Positions 19,756-27,305 are shown, counted from the stretch's first letter. The stretch: DNA of 32,000 nucleotides from Mycobacterium xenopi (GCF_009936235.1 NZ_AP022314.1:4093735-4125734), one strand, 5' to 3'. The notes: generated from the sequence alone by a model not told the origin. Translations and numbers: made by a program.

Positions 19756-20030
19756 GACGGCAAGCCGGCCTGGTCGTAGAGCTCTCGTTCCGCGTCCTTG
19801 AGCTGCGCTCGCTCCACGTCGGTCAGCGAACTATGCAGTTCATTCAGCAATTGACGCACACGGGCGTGTCGCCTCTCGCGCCGGCGCTGCGTATCGGTCT
19901 GGTCGCGATCCAGCTCGGCCAGTTTGGCGCGCACCGCTTCGGTGATCGCAGCCGTTTGGGTCAATCCCGTCCTCTTGGCGAGCTCGCGAACCAATGCGGT
20001 GGTTTCTTCGTTCTTGATGTTCAGGCCCAT
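19752..20030 (-). CDS. vapB: VapB antitoxin, Rv0623-like (PSK-type) transcription-factor family
   Basis: 92 codons. The N-terminus MGLNIKNEETTALVRELAKRTGLTQTAAITEAV is typical of the Rv0623-like antitoxin family. Overlaps the vapC start. Confidence 0.85.
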   Translation of the reverse strand: MGLNIKNEETTALVRELAKRTGLTQTAAITEAVRAKLAELDRDQTDTQRRRERRHARVRQLLNELHSSLTDVERAQLKDAERELYDQAGLPS

Positions 20031-20066
20031 GGTAGAAGTCTACCTTTTGCAGGTACCTGTTATATA
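20031..20066 (-). promoter_or_regulatory. Putative vapBC promoter/operator: inverted repeats plus an A/T-rich -10-like element
   Basis: Directly upstream of the vapB ATG. GGTAGA-AG-TCTACC at 20031-20044, a perfect 10-bp palindrome CAGGTACCTG at 20050-20059, and TATATA at 20061-20066. Confidence 0.4.
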
Positions 20067-20076
20067 CTACGTCGGG

Positions 20077-20166
20077 TTGTCAGTCGACCGCGTTGTTACC
20101 TACGACGAACGCCTCCTCAACGCTGCAACGGCAGTCGGCCTACCGACCACTGTTCCGGGCCGCTGA
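20077..20166 (+). pseudogene. Possible C-terminal remnant of another PIN/VapC gene
   Basis: ...VDRVVTYDERLLNAATAVGLPTTVPGR-stop resembles VapC C-terminal ends. No upstream PIN sequence is present. Confidence 0.3.
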
Positions 20167-20507
20167 GGTTAGCAGCGAATCGTAGGTTTGACGGCTCAGC
20201 GTCACCATCGCGCCGATCCGCGCTCTCCGGGATCGAGTGACGTATGGCCGACTTCGGTCATTTCTGTACACCATCACGCTGCCGGTCCATGATGCAAAAA
20301 GCCTGCACTGTCGCGACCATTCAGCGACAAGCCGGCTCGCCGGACCCGACGAGGCAGCGCCGGCGGTTGGCTTCATTGCCAGTGCAGCGGCAGGCTAGCG
20401 CGCCAGTACCGTGCCGCGGATCGACCGCAGCATGCCGATGCCGCCGGTTTGCCTGCACGGCAAGCTGTTTGCAGTCGTTGACCGGGGACGCGAGTACAGT
20501 AGCTCCG

Positions 20508-22055
20508 ATGGCTGTCGCTCCATCGAATGAGCGGATGATCACCGGCGTCGTCGCCGCGTCCATCGCGCTCGGGGTAGCCCAGCTGGTGGGCATCCCGTTC
20601 GGTGCGCGGGCCGATGCGCGCGCCGCGATCGGCTCAGTGGCCGTCGACCTGACACCGGGGCCCATCAAAGAGTTGGCGATTCAGACCCTGGGCTCTTTGG
20701 ACAAAGTCTTCGTGGCCGTCGTCGTGCTCGTGGTGATCGCCACGATCGCCGCAATCGCCGGGACCCTCGAGACTCGGCGCCGCCCGCTCGGCAGCGCCGT
20801 GATCGCCGCGGCGGGCGTCCTCGGATGCATCGCAGTGTTGTCGCGGCAGGGTGCGACAGCACTCGACACCATCCCCACCTTCGCGGGCGCCGCCTGCGGC
20901 GTGGCGGTCCTTCGCTTGCTCACCCGTCGGTTCGGGCCCGGCCTGGGAGACCCGGAAGACCAAGCCCACCACGACGAGCCGGATACCGGCAGGCGCAGGG
21001 TGGTCATGTTCGGGTTGCTCGGATTCGGAGTGGCGAGCGGCGTGGTCGGTGCGGTCATCACGCGGTTGGTGCACTCGGTGGCCGCTGACCTCAACAGCTT
21101 CGCACTTCCCCGACCGCGCATATCGGCGCGACCGATACCTGCGGATGTGCAACCGAAAGGCGTTGCGCTACCGAGCTTTATCACCGCGAGCGCCGACTTT
21201 TACCGGGTGGACACCGCACTCAGTGTTCCCCAACTCAGCCACGGCGACTGGCGGCTGCGCATCCACGGCATGGTGGACCGCGAAGCCACCTACAGCTTTG
21301 ACGACCTGGTCCACTTCGACGTCGTCGAAACGGTGACGACGTTAACCTGCGTATCGAATCCCGTTGGTGGCAATCTGATTTCGACGGGCATCTGGACCGG
21401 CTACCGGGTGGCTGATCTGCTCGCGGCTGCCGGTGTGCACGCGGACGCCGACATGGTGCTCTCGACGTCGATCGACGGGTTCACCGCCGGCACGCCCGTG
21501 GAGGCGCTCACCGATGGCCGCGACGCGCTCCTGGCGGTCGGCCTCAACGGGCAGCCGCTGCCGATCGAGCATGGCTACCCGGCCCGGCTGGTGGTACCCG
21601 GGCTCTACGGGTACGTGTCGGCCACCAAGTGGGTCGTCGAGATGGAGCTGACCCGTTTCGACAGAGCAGAGGCGTACTGGACGCGGCAGGGCTGGGCACC
21701 GCGTGGACCCGTCAAGACCGAGTCGCGGATCGACGTGCCGAGACGTGGTCAGAAAGTGCCGATGGGGCCCGTGGTGTTTGGCGGTGTCGCGTGGGCACAA
21801 AATCGCGGGGTGCGGGCCGTGGAAGTCCGTATCGACGATGGCGTGTGGCAGCCCGCTGAACTGGGCGCGAGCTATTCCAACGACACATGGCGGTTGTGGA
21901 GCTTCCCCTGGCAGGCGAAAAGCCCTGGGAAACAAAGCATCACCGTGCGCGCCACCGACAACACCGGAGCTACCCAGACTGCAGATCAGGTTGATACCGT
22001 ACCCGACGGCGCCACCGGCTGGCACACGGTGGACTTCACCGTGGCCGAGACATGA
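20508..22055 (+). CDS. Membrane-anchored molybdopterin-dependent oxidoreductase (sulfite-oxidase family)
   Basis: 515 codons from ATG 20508. The N-terminal third is hydrophobic (several TM helices). The Moco-binding region includes YPARLVVPGLYGYVSATKWVVEMELT and an Ig-like C-terminal dimerisation-type domain. Confidence 0.85.
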   Translation: MAVAPSNERMITGVVAASIALGVAQLVGIPFGARADARAAIGSVAVDLTPGPIKELAIQTLGSLDKVFVAVVVLVVIATIAAIAGTLETRRRPLGSAVIAAAGVLGCIAVLSRQGATALDTIPTFAGAACGVAVLRLLTRRFGPGLGDPEDQAHHDEPDTGRRRVVMFGLLGFGVASGVVGAVITRLVHSVAADLNSFALPRPRISARPIPADVQPKGVALPSFITASADFYRVDTALSVPQLSHGDWRLRIHGMVDREATYSFDDLVHFDVVETVTTLTCVSNPVGGNLISTGIWTGYRVADLLAAAGVHADADMVLSTSIDGFTAGTPVEALTDGRDALLAVGLNGQPLPIEHGYPARLVVPGLYGYVSATKWVVEMELTRFDRAEAYWTRQGWAPRGPVKTESRIDVPRRGQKVPMGPVVFGGVAWAQNRGVRAVEVRIDDGVWQPAELGASYSNDTWRLWSFPWQAKSPGKQSITVRATDNTGATQTADQVDTVPDGATGWHTVDFTVAET

Positions 22056-22059
22056 AGCA

Positions 22060-22260
22060 CTATTTCGACGAGAGTTTCCGCCAACTGAATACCGCAATCA
22101 CGATGCCGATCAGCACCGTGATCGGACCAATGATGGACCAGGTCGTGGTGTTGCTCATCGGGCTACCACTAAGCACTCCGAATCCCTGGAGCGCCCAGAT
22201 CAGACCGAACACCGCGACGATCAACCCGACCGCGAACACAACGACGAAAGCCCTTCTCAT
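22060..22260 (-). CDS. Small hydrophobic protein (two predicted TM helices)
   Basis: 66 codons, MRRAFVVVFAVGLIVAVFGLIWALQGF...IIGPITVLIGIVIAVFSW. Reasonable GC3. No recognisable family. Confidence 0.5.
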   Translation of the reverse strand: MRRAFVVVFAVGLIVAVFGLIWALQGFGVLSGSPMSNTTTWSIIGPITVLIGIVIAVFSWRKLSSK

Positions 22261-22358
22261 ATGAGGATGCTATGCGCGAGCGCCGAGGCTCGTTCGGCCG
22301 ATGTCGCCGATCAGCTCCATCGTTGGATGAGCACGCCGACACCGACGGGCGAGCCCGG

Positions 22359-22751
22359 CTACGGCTGGCCCGCCGCGACGGGCAATCCGAGCTCGGCTGC
22401 TCGAGCGGCGAGTTTGTCGTCGAAGGTGGCGATCGCGGCGTTGTACTGTTCCGCGCTGTAAAGCACGCAGCAGTCCGGCATCTTCAAACTGGTTGTAGCG
22501 CGCAACTCACCGAGACGGCGGGCAGCGCTGGCCGGAAGTTCCAGGCTCTCGATCTGCAACCGCGCCAGCAGCTGGTGAAGCCGGTCGGCTTGTGCGGCCC
22601 GGGCGGCCCCGACGTAGACCTCCGCGAGGGTGATCACGCTGGCGGCGAACGACTCTGCCGCGTGCGCCGCGAGTAGTCCGGTGGCTTCGGCGTGGTGGGC
22701 GTCGGCCGACTCGAAATGACCGATCAAAACGCTGGCATCGAGGATGATCAC
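22359..22751 (-). CDS. vapC: VapC toxin (PIN-domain ribonuclease)
   Basis: 130 codons. MIILDASVLIGHF..., later IATFDDKL. There is a 4-bp overlap with the upstream small gene. Confidence 0.85.
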   Translation of the reverse strand: MIILDASVLIGHFESADAHHAEATGLLAAHAAESFAASVITLAEVYVGAARAAQADRLHQLLARLQIESLELPASAARRLGELRATTSLKMPDCCVLYSAEQYNAAIATFDDKLAARAAELGLPVAAGQP

Positions 22752-23017
22752 TCGGGCCAGTCCTCACGCAGCTCCCTGAGATAGTCACTTCCGAAGACCC
22801 CGGCCAGCGCGCCACTGGTAGTTTCGACCGCTCGGCAGCGTGCGCGGGTGCCTGCAGCATCGTTGTGGGCGAGGGTATTCCGACCAACCAAGATGAGTTG
22901 GCGCAGCAGCGCGCCCGGCTTGTGGGCAAGGTCGGGCCAGGTGCGGCGGGCGATCTCCAGTGCGTTGCTGATCTCGTCGGTCTCGGTGATGGCGTGGCGC
23001 CGGCGATGGGTCGGCAT
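22748..23017 (-). CDS. Putative cognate antitoxin of the 22359-22751 VapC
   Basis: 89 codons from ATG 23017 (MPTHRRRHAITETDEISNALEIARRTWPD...). Assigned by position and overlap with vapC. The track ORF start at 23095 is less likely. Confidence 0.7.
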   Translation of the reverse strand: MPTHRRRHAITETDEISNALEIARRTWPDLAHKPGALLRQLILVGRNTLAHNDAAGTRARCRAVETTSGALAGVFGSDYLRELREDWPE

Positions 23018-23024
23018 CGTTATA

Positions 23025-23053
23025 GTGTAACACCCACTTGATCGGTGTAACAC
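23025..23053. promoter_or_regulatory. Two copies of the palindromic 9-mer GTGTAACAC, 20 bp apart (putative operator)
   Basis: GTGT-A-ACAC at 23025-23033 and 23045-23053. The first copy lies 8 bp upstream of the antitoxin ATG. The centre-to-centre spacing is about two helical turns. Confidence 0.35.
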
Positions 23054-23132
23054 TTCCTCGAGCATGGTCAGAGTGCGCCCCGAGCTTGCGAGCACGCCGC
23101 ACGATGTCAGCCGCCGCGGCTACATTTCGGTC

Positions 23133-23699
23133 ATGAAGCGCTCTTCGCGTCCTCGCAGCACCGCACCGGGTGTCGCAGTGTTCTTCGCCGTGCTCCTGAT
23201 CATCGGGCTGATCGTGAAGTTCTTCTGGTGGTTGATCGCGGCGGCCGCGGTGGCCGGGCTGTTCTTCGCGGCCCGCGCCGTTGTCCGCAAAGTGCGTGAG
23301 CGCCGGGCTGCTGCCGCCCGCGAGGCAGAGGAAATCGCGTACCGCGCAGACCGCCAAAACCAATGGGCTCGGCGCGGGGACAGCCGAGGTACCTACGGCG
23401 TCGCGGGCGCCGAGCTGATGCGCTCGATCTCACCCGAGCCGCCGCCGCTGACCCCCGACGCGGACGACTCGGAAATCAAGATCGCCGAAGTTGTCGACAC
23501 CAAAGACGGCTTAGCCAAATGCGGATTCGATCGCGCCGAGCCGCGCCGTACGAAGCGCGCGTTCATCGTCGTCGGCTGCGACGAGAACGCCAAAGTGCAA
23601 CTCGGCAATCGACGCAACGCTGATCGCGGCCTCGACGTGCGAAGGCGGTTCCTCCCCAATAAGGACGGAGGTGTCGACTACTGCGCATCGGTTATTTGA
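23133..23699 (+). CDS. Membrane protein of unknown family, 3-prime end replaced (chimeric read-through)
   Basis: MKRSSRPRSTAPGVAVFFAVLLIIGLIVKFFWWLIAAAAVAGLFFAARAV... has two TM helices and then a charged region. From 23521 the ORF runs antisense through the duplicated vapC fragment, so the last ~60 codons are not native. Confidence 0.5.
   Translation: MKRSSRPRSTAPGVAVFFAVLLIIGLIVKFFWWLIAAAAVAGLFFAARAVVRKVRERRAAAAREAEEIAYRADRQNQWARRGDSRGTYGVAGAELMRSISPEPPPLTPDADDSEIKIAEVVDTKDGLAKCGFDRAEPRRTKRAFIVVGCDENAKVQLGNRRNADRGLDVRRRFLPNKDGGVDYCASVI
23511..23688 (-). pseudogene. vapC: Truncated, frameshifted vapC copy
   Basis: Homologous to the first ~58 codons of vapC 14164-14574. ATGCGCAGTAGTCGAC replaces ATGCGCGCAATAGTCGAT (2-nt loss after codon 2). 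Homology ends at 23521 and a TAA follows at 23511-23513. Confidence 0.75.
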
Positions 23700-23958
23700 A
23701 CGGACCCACCATCGAGGCGGGGAATCGCTTGAGCTCGTTGCTCAGTGTTTTCGGAGCCGGCGTCCGCCAGACAGCTCGCAACGCCGGACCGCCGACCCAT
23801 CGCTTCTGCATGGCCGGGCCCAGCTGCGCCACTGGCCGGCCTGCGACGGTGATCGTGATCTCCTCGCCCGCTTCTGCCCGGCGCAGAACCTCGCCGACGT
23901 TATTGCGGAGTTCCTTTTGGGGAATCGTCGCGATGACCACGATGGTAGGAGAACTGCT
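23521..23958. repeat. Copy 2 of the ~440-bp vapB/vapC-5-prime duplication
   Basis: See 14405-14844. Both edges are sharp breaks in similarity. The left edge truncates the membrane-protein ORF and the right edge truncates a MazG-like gene. Confidence 0.85.
23692..23940 (-). CDS. vapB: VapB antitoxin paralogue (apparently intact, orphan)
   Basis: 82 codons. By my count it differs from the 14578-14826 product at 8 positions. The internal ATG of copy 1 is ATC here, so GTG 23940 is the only nearby start. Confidence 0.8.
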   Translation of the reverse strand: MVIATIPQKELRNNVGEVLRRAEAGEEITITVAGRPVAQLGPAMQKRWVGGPALRAVWRTPAPKTLSNELKRFPASMVGPFK

Positions 23959-24233
23959 GCCAAGCTAACGACGTCCTCGCGTCCCGATGGGCGCTGAGTG
24001 ACCCTCGGTGGCACCGGCTGGGCTTCGACGCTGGCGGCGGCCTCATCGATGGCGGCCTCATCGATGGCGGCCTCAGGGGTGCAAGGGGCGATGAGTTCGT
24101 CGACCTCTTCGCGCACCTTGTGGTGCGGTGTGGCGCGGTATTCGTCCAGGCGTAGCGCATCCATCGAAAGACCGCTGCCACTGGCCCATCGGCGGGTGTC
24201 TCGGAATTTGTCACGGCACTCAGCGCCCCTCAT
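23959..24233 (-). pseudogene. MazG-like (PRA-PH-type) nucleotide pyrophosphohydrolase, 3-prime truncated
   Basis: From ATG 24233: MRGAECRDKFRDTRRWASGSGLSMDALRLDEYRATPHHKVREEVDELIAPCTPEAAIDEAA... This parallels GKLVRDKIPDIIRASGRTPHV...LREEVDEL...IDEAADIIEV of the copy at 27235. It ends at the duplication edge. Confidence 0.5.
24036..24075. repeat. 15-bp tandem repeat GGCGGCCTCATCGAT, about 2.7 copies
   Basis: Units at 24036-24050 and 24051-24065, with a partial unit at 24066-24075. On the minus strand it encodes the AIDEA-AIDEA duplication inside the MazG-like remnant. Confidence 0.8.
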
Positions 24234-24466
24234 TTGCGGTTGGGGTGCCAGACGATCGGCGACCAGATGTGGTCGGAATAGTTGGACCGGCCGCCTTCGG
24301 CCCATTGGTTGCGCACTTTCCACGGAAACCACATCTGGGAGCGCGCACCGATGATGAGCGAGCCGCATGGGGTGCAAATGTGCACGCGGGGGGCGCCGTA
24401 TTTCCGGCAGGTGGGCTCCCGGCTCAGCCACCCACAGCCGTGGATGCGCCACTTATTTGTCGTCAT
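24230..24466 (-). CDS. Small Cys/Trp-rich protein of unknown function
   Basis: 78 codons from ATG 24466 (88 from GTG 24496): MTTNKWRIHGCGWLSREPTCRKYGAPRVHICTPCGSLIIGARSQMWFPWKVRNQWAEGGRSNYSDHIWSPIVWHPNRK. Very high GC3. Its TGA overlaps the ATG of the MazG-like remnant (ATGA). Confidence 0.5.
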   Translation of the reverse strand: MTTNKWRIHGCGWLSREPTCRKYGAPRVHICTPCGSLIIGARSQMWFPWKVRNQWAEGGRSNYSDHIWSPIVWHPNRK

Positions 24467-24559
24467 CTTGTCGCGGGTTAGCCGCCGCCGCGGCACTTGT
24501 AGGTGAGGACAGTCTTAGCACTGTGGACAAGCGGACCCGAGCCTCTACTACCGGTATGG

Positions 24560-25867
24560 CTAGAGGTAGTTTCCTTGGGGTAGTTGGGGTTTGAAGCGTC
24601 GGGATTGCACCGTGGCAATTAACCCGGCTTCGGTGACCGCACCGCCGGCAAGGACAGTGCGGCGCACGATCTCGCGGATATCCGCTCCACTGATCTCGCT
24701 GCCGAAGCGGGCCGCCACGGCTCGCACGTCGACGCTCTCGCCGCCGGGGACGCCGCGCAGATAGGTCGACAGGATCTTGGCGGCGGCATCGCGGTCCGGG
24801 TAGCCGATCTCGACGATAGAGTCGAAGCGTGCGGTGCGGATGGAGGCGGCATCCAGCGCCATGACGTCATTGGTGGAGGCCAACGTCAGGATGGGCGCGG
24901 ACGGGTCTGTATCCATCACGGCTAGGAATTCCGACAACGCGCGGGTGTCACTGCTCTTGCGACGGTCACCGACAATGAGGTCGAGATCCTCCAGCACAAT
25001 CAATGTCGGGCCGAGCGTGTGAGCTTCCTTGTATACCCCGGCCAAGGTGGACTGCCCGGCGCGGGCGTCGACGATTATCACGGTGAACGCGCCGAGCAAC
25101 TCTCGAGCGATTACCTGGGAAATCACGGTCTTGCCAACACCAGGCGGACCAGCCAGCAGCACACCGCGACGCACTCCCAGCGCCAAGTTGGTCATTAGCT
25201 CGCGGTGAGTAGTCACTGCCGCGACATTCAGGTCGATCTCCGACCATACCGATTCGGGCACAATGACATTCGAGCGTGTCACAGCGGGTAGGTCGGTGAC
25301 TTCAAGAACCAGGCCGTTGTGCTCGGTCGCGGTGAGTGCCTTACCACGAAACAGGTTCTTGGCGCCGTCGGCGTCGGCCATGATCGCCTCGATCACCGCC
25401 TGGCCATGTGCTCGGTCTGCCGGGGCTGTGTAGACCTGCAGTCGAGGTTCGTCGCTGAATCCGGCATATTCGCAGAGCCGCACCACCAGTGGCGCAGGAG
25501 CGAGCTCGCCGGCGGCGAAGTAGGCCGATAGGGCCGCCGGTGGTGCCAGGCGCTGTTCACCGATCTCGACGTGCCCCCAGGTGGGAGGTTCGTCATCGTC
25601 ACCCGGGCCGAGCCTGGGATCGAAGCGGTCGATCAGCGCGGCGATGGCCAAGCCTGCGGTTACGTGGCCGATCGAGGAGAGCTTGCGCGAGTCGCAGACT
25701 AACTCCGACCCGGGCCGGCCGAGAGTCTCGTGCAAAAACCCATCCAGCGTCGTCCGGGTGGTTACTGATCCAGAGAGGATCTGGCCGACAAGTTCGACGG
25801 CACGACGAACATCAGGGTTTTCGCCGGCCAAGGCGACTGCCGCCGACGATACCTGGACATCAGACAT
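24560..25867 (-). CDS. Classic-clade AAA+ ATPase with a ~230-aa unplaced N-terminal domain and a C-terminal GNYL
   Basis: Walker A LLAGPPGVGKT. Walker B of the BCS1-like LIVLEDLD type. Second region of homology ASIRTARFDSIVEIGYPD. Start ATG 25867 is preferred (GTG 25891 and TTG 25897 are possible). It ends ...FKPQLPQGNYL-stop. Confidence 0.85.
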   Translation of the reverse strand: MSDVQVSSAAVALAGENPDVRRAVELVGQILSGSVTTRTTLDGFLHETLGRPGSELVCDSRKLSSIGHVTAGLAIAALIDRFDPRLGPGDDDEPPTWGHVEIGEQRLAPPAALSAYFAAGELAPAPLVVRLCEYAGFSDEPRLQVYTAPADRAHGQAVIEAIMADADGAKNLFRGKALTATEHNGLVLEVTDLPAVTRSNVIVPESVWSEIDLNVAAVTTHRELMTNLALGVRRGVLLAGPPGVGKTVISQVIARELLGAFTVIIVDARAGQSTLAGVYKEAHTLGPTLIVLEDLDLIVGDRRKSSDTRALSEFLAVMDTDPSAPILTLASTNDVMALDAASIRTARFDSIVEIGYPDRDAAAKILSTYLRGVPGGESVDVRAVAARFGSEISGADIREIVRRTVLAGGAVTEAGLIATVQSRRFKPQLPQGNYL

Positions 25868-25976
25868 GACTGACAGTCTGCCGCCATGCACCGACAACGG
25901 CTGAAGTGCAATTGGCGCCCGGACGAGCCGGACTAACGCAGCACTGGTTGTCGGTCGCTTTGGCTAGGTTTCGGCC

Positions 25977-26531
25977 ATTAAGCGCTACGTCAATCATCGC
26001 GGACGGATTCGTTTGGGGTCGCTTTGTTCGGCGCGCTGCTGGTTCTCGAGTTGACCGTGAAGTCCTTCTGGTGCATTGTCGTGGCCACCGCGGTGCTCGC
26101 GCTGTCCTTCGCGGCGCGCCCCGTTGCCCGCGGAATGCGTGAGCGCAAGGTTGCGGTCGCGCACACAAGGCCGGCGAACTCGCGTACCGAGCCCAGCGAC
26201 AGCATCAACGGGCCCAGCGCGGGGACAGCGGACGTGTCTACGGTCTCGCCGGCGCAGAACTGATGCGTTCGGTGTCCTTCAAACCGGCACCTATGCCGTC
26301 CGGAGTGCGTACGAGGAAATCGATGTAGCGGCGATCCGCACCGCACGAGATGACTTGACCAAGCTGCTCATCGAGAAGCCCGCAGGGGTCGCGCTACGCG
26401 GCCTTGCCTCGGTGCTCGTGCAGCGCCGTGCGGCATCCAACTCGGCTGCGCGATTGCCGCCTCCGCTAGCCACGCCGACCGGTGTTCAGGCAGCGGCCTA
26501 CAGGTCGCGCGTTCGTAGCAGACCGCAATAG
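25977..26531 (+). pseudogene. Decayed paralogue of the 23133 membrane-protein gene
   Basis: The DNA aligns with 23133 onward. The start codon is ATT instead of ATG. The TM segment (FGALLVLELTVKSFWCIVVATAVLALSFAAR), the middle part (ELAYRAQRQHQRAQRGDSGRVYGLAGAELMRS) and the C-terminal part (EEIDVAAIRTARDDLTKLLIEKPAG...) lie in three different frames. Confidence 0.55.
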
Positions 26532-26789
26532 AACACCTAAGCAAATTGGCTACGCAGAGGGAAGGTTTCATACTTACGCCCGCGTTCCCAGACTTTTGGA
26601 CCCTGGGGTGATAAAAGCACTGCTGATGCCGACGGCATCGTAATGAGACATTCATCGACGATTTGGTGGAACGTATCGCTGAGTTACCGGATGTGATGCG
26701 CTACGGACGTGGGATTATCCAGAGCGATCAATCCTGGCTTGCTGCACATGGATGTCGACAATCGGCTCACCGAACGCATACGTAAGCAG

Positions 26790-27235
26790 CTACTGAGGGC
26801 CGCCAAGTCTTAGGGGTTGTCTTATTCCGGTCTGGACCGTGTCAGAATGGCCACCCGTTCGCGTGGGATGGCCGAATAGCTCGCAACACCTACCGTGCGG
26901 CGGCGCCATGCGCGCCGGCTGGTGGGTCGGCTCGATGCCGTTCAGCCAGAGCATGCGAAATCCTCCCCGCTCCACGCGCTTGCGTTGTGCGGCATCGAAA
27001 ATGCTGTCGAGGCCGACTCCCTATTCGCCGTCAATCGCGGCGAGCACTTCGATGATGTCGGCGGCCTCGTCGATGACGGCGTCCATGGTGTGTGCGGCGA
27101 CGAGTTCATCGACCTCTTCACGAAGATTGGCGTGCAGCGCCGTTGGGTACTCGTTCAGGCCGAGCCTCATCACATGAGGCGTGCGTCCGGAGGCCGAATG
27201 ATATCGGGAATCTTGTCCCGGACGAGTTTGCCCAC
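26790..27235 (-). pseudogene. MazG-like (PRA-PH-type) nucleotide pyrophosphohydrolase with a frameshift and an in-frame TAG
   Basis: GTG 27235 preceded by AAGGAGAG: VGKLVRDKIPDIIR. A 1-nt loss near 27192-27196 follows, then SGRTPHVMRLGLNEYPTALHANLREEVDELVAAHTMDAVIDEAADIIEVLAAIDGE, then TAG (27021-27023), then GVGLDSIFDAAQRKRVERGGFRMLWL. The true 3-prime end is uncertain. Confidence 0.65.
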
Positions 27236-27305
27236 GCTGTCCCTCTCCTTCGCAATAATGCGGTGGTGCAGTTCTATACCGTCGGAATGACATCGACGGT
27301 GCGCC

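Noticed and set aside
20167-20507. 340-bp untranslated region upstream of the molybdoenzyme gene, considered as a Moco riboswitch. Also a 22-codon minus-strand ORF (MVTLSRQTYDSLLTSAARNSGR, about 20172-20240) considered as a ribbon-helix-helix antitoxin remnant.
   Set aside because: I could not identify conserved Moco-motif elements by eye. The RHH-like peptide is too short for any confidence. Both would need covariance-model or profile searches.
24036-24075. Tandem 15-bp repeats considered as a CRISPR or VNTR-type array.
   Set aside because: There are only about 2.7 direct copies with no spacers. They lie in-frame inside a coding remnant (an AIDEA duplication). This is a simple slippage duplication, not a CRISPR array.
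23742-24452. 236-aa minus-strand ORF treated as a single gene.
   Set aside because: It is a composite. Only the central part (from ATG 24233) is MazG-like. The 5-prime part is out of frame with the better-supported small Cys/Trp ORF, and the 3-prime part runs through the duplicated vapB region in the wrong frame.
26076-26531. 151-aa plus-strand ORF treated as an independent gene.
   Set aside because: Its first two thirds are the membrane-protein pseudogene read in the wrong frame. Only the last ~80 codons look like native coding sequence of that decayed gene.
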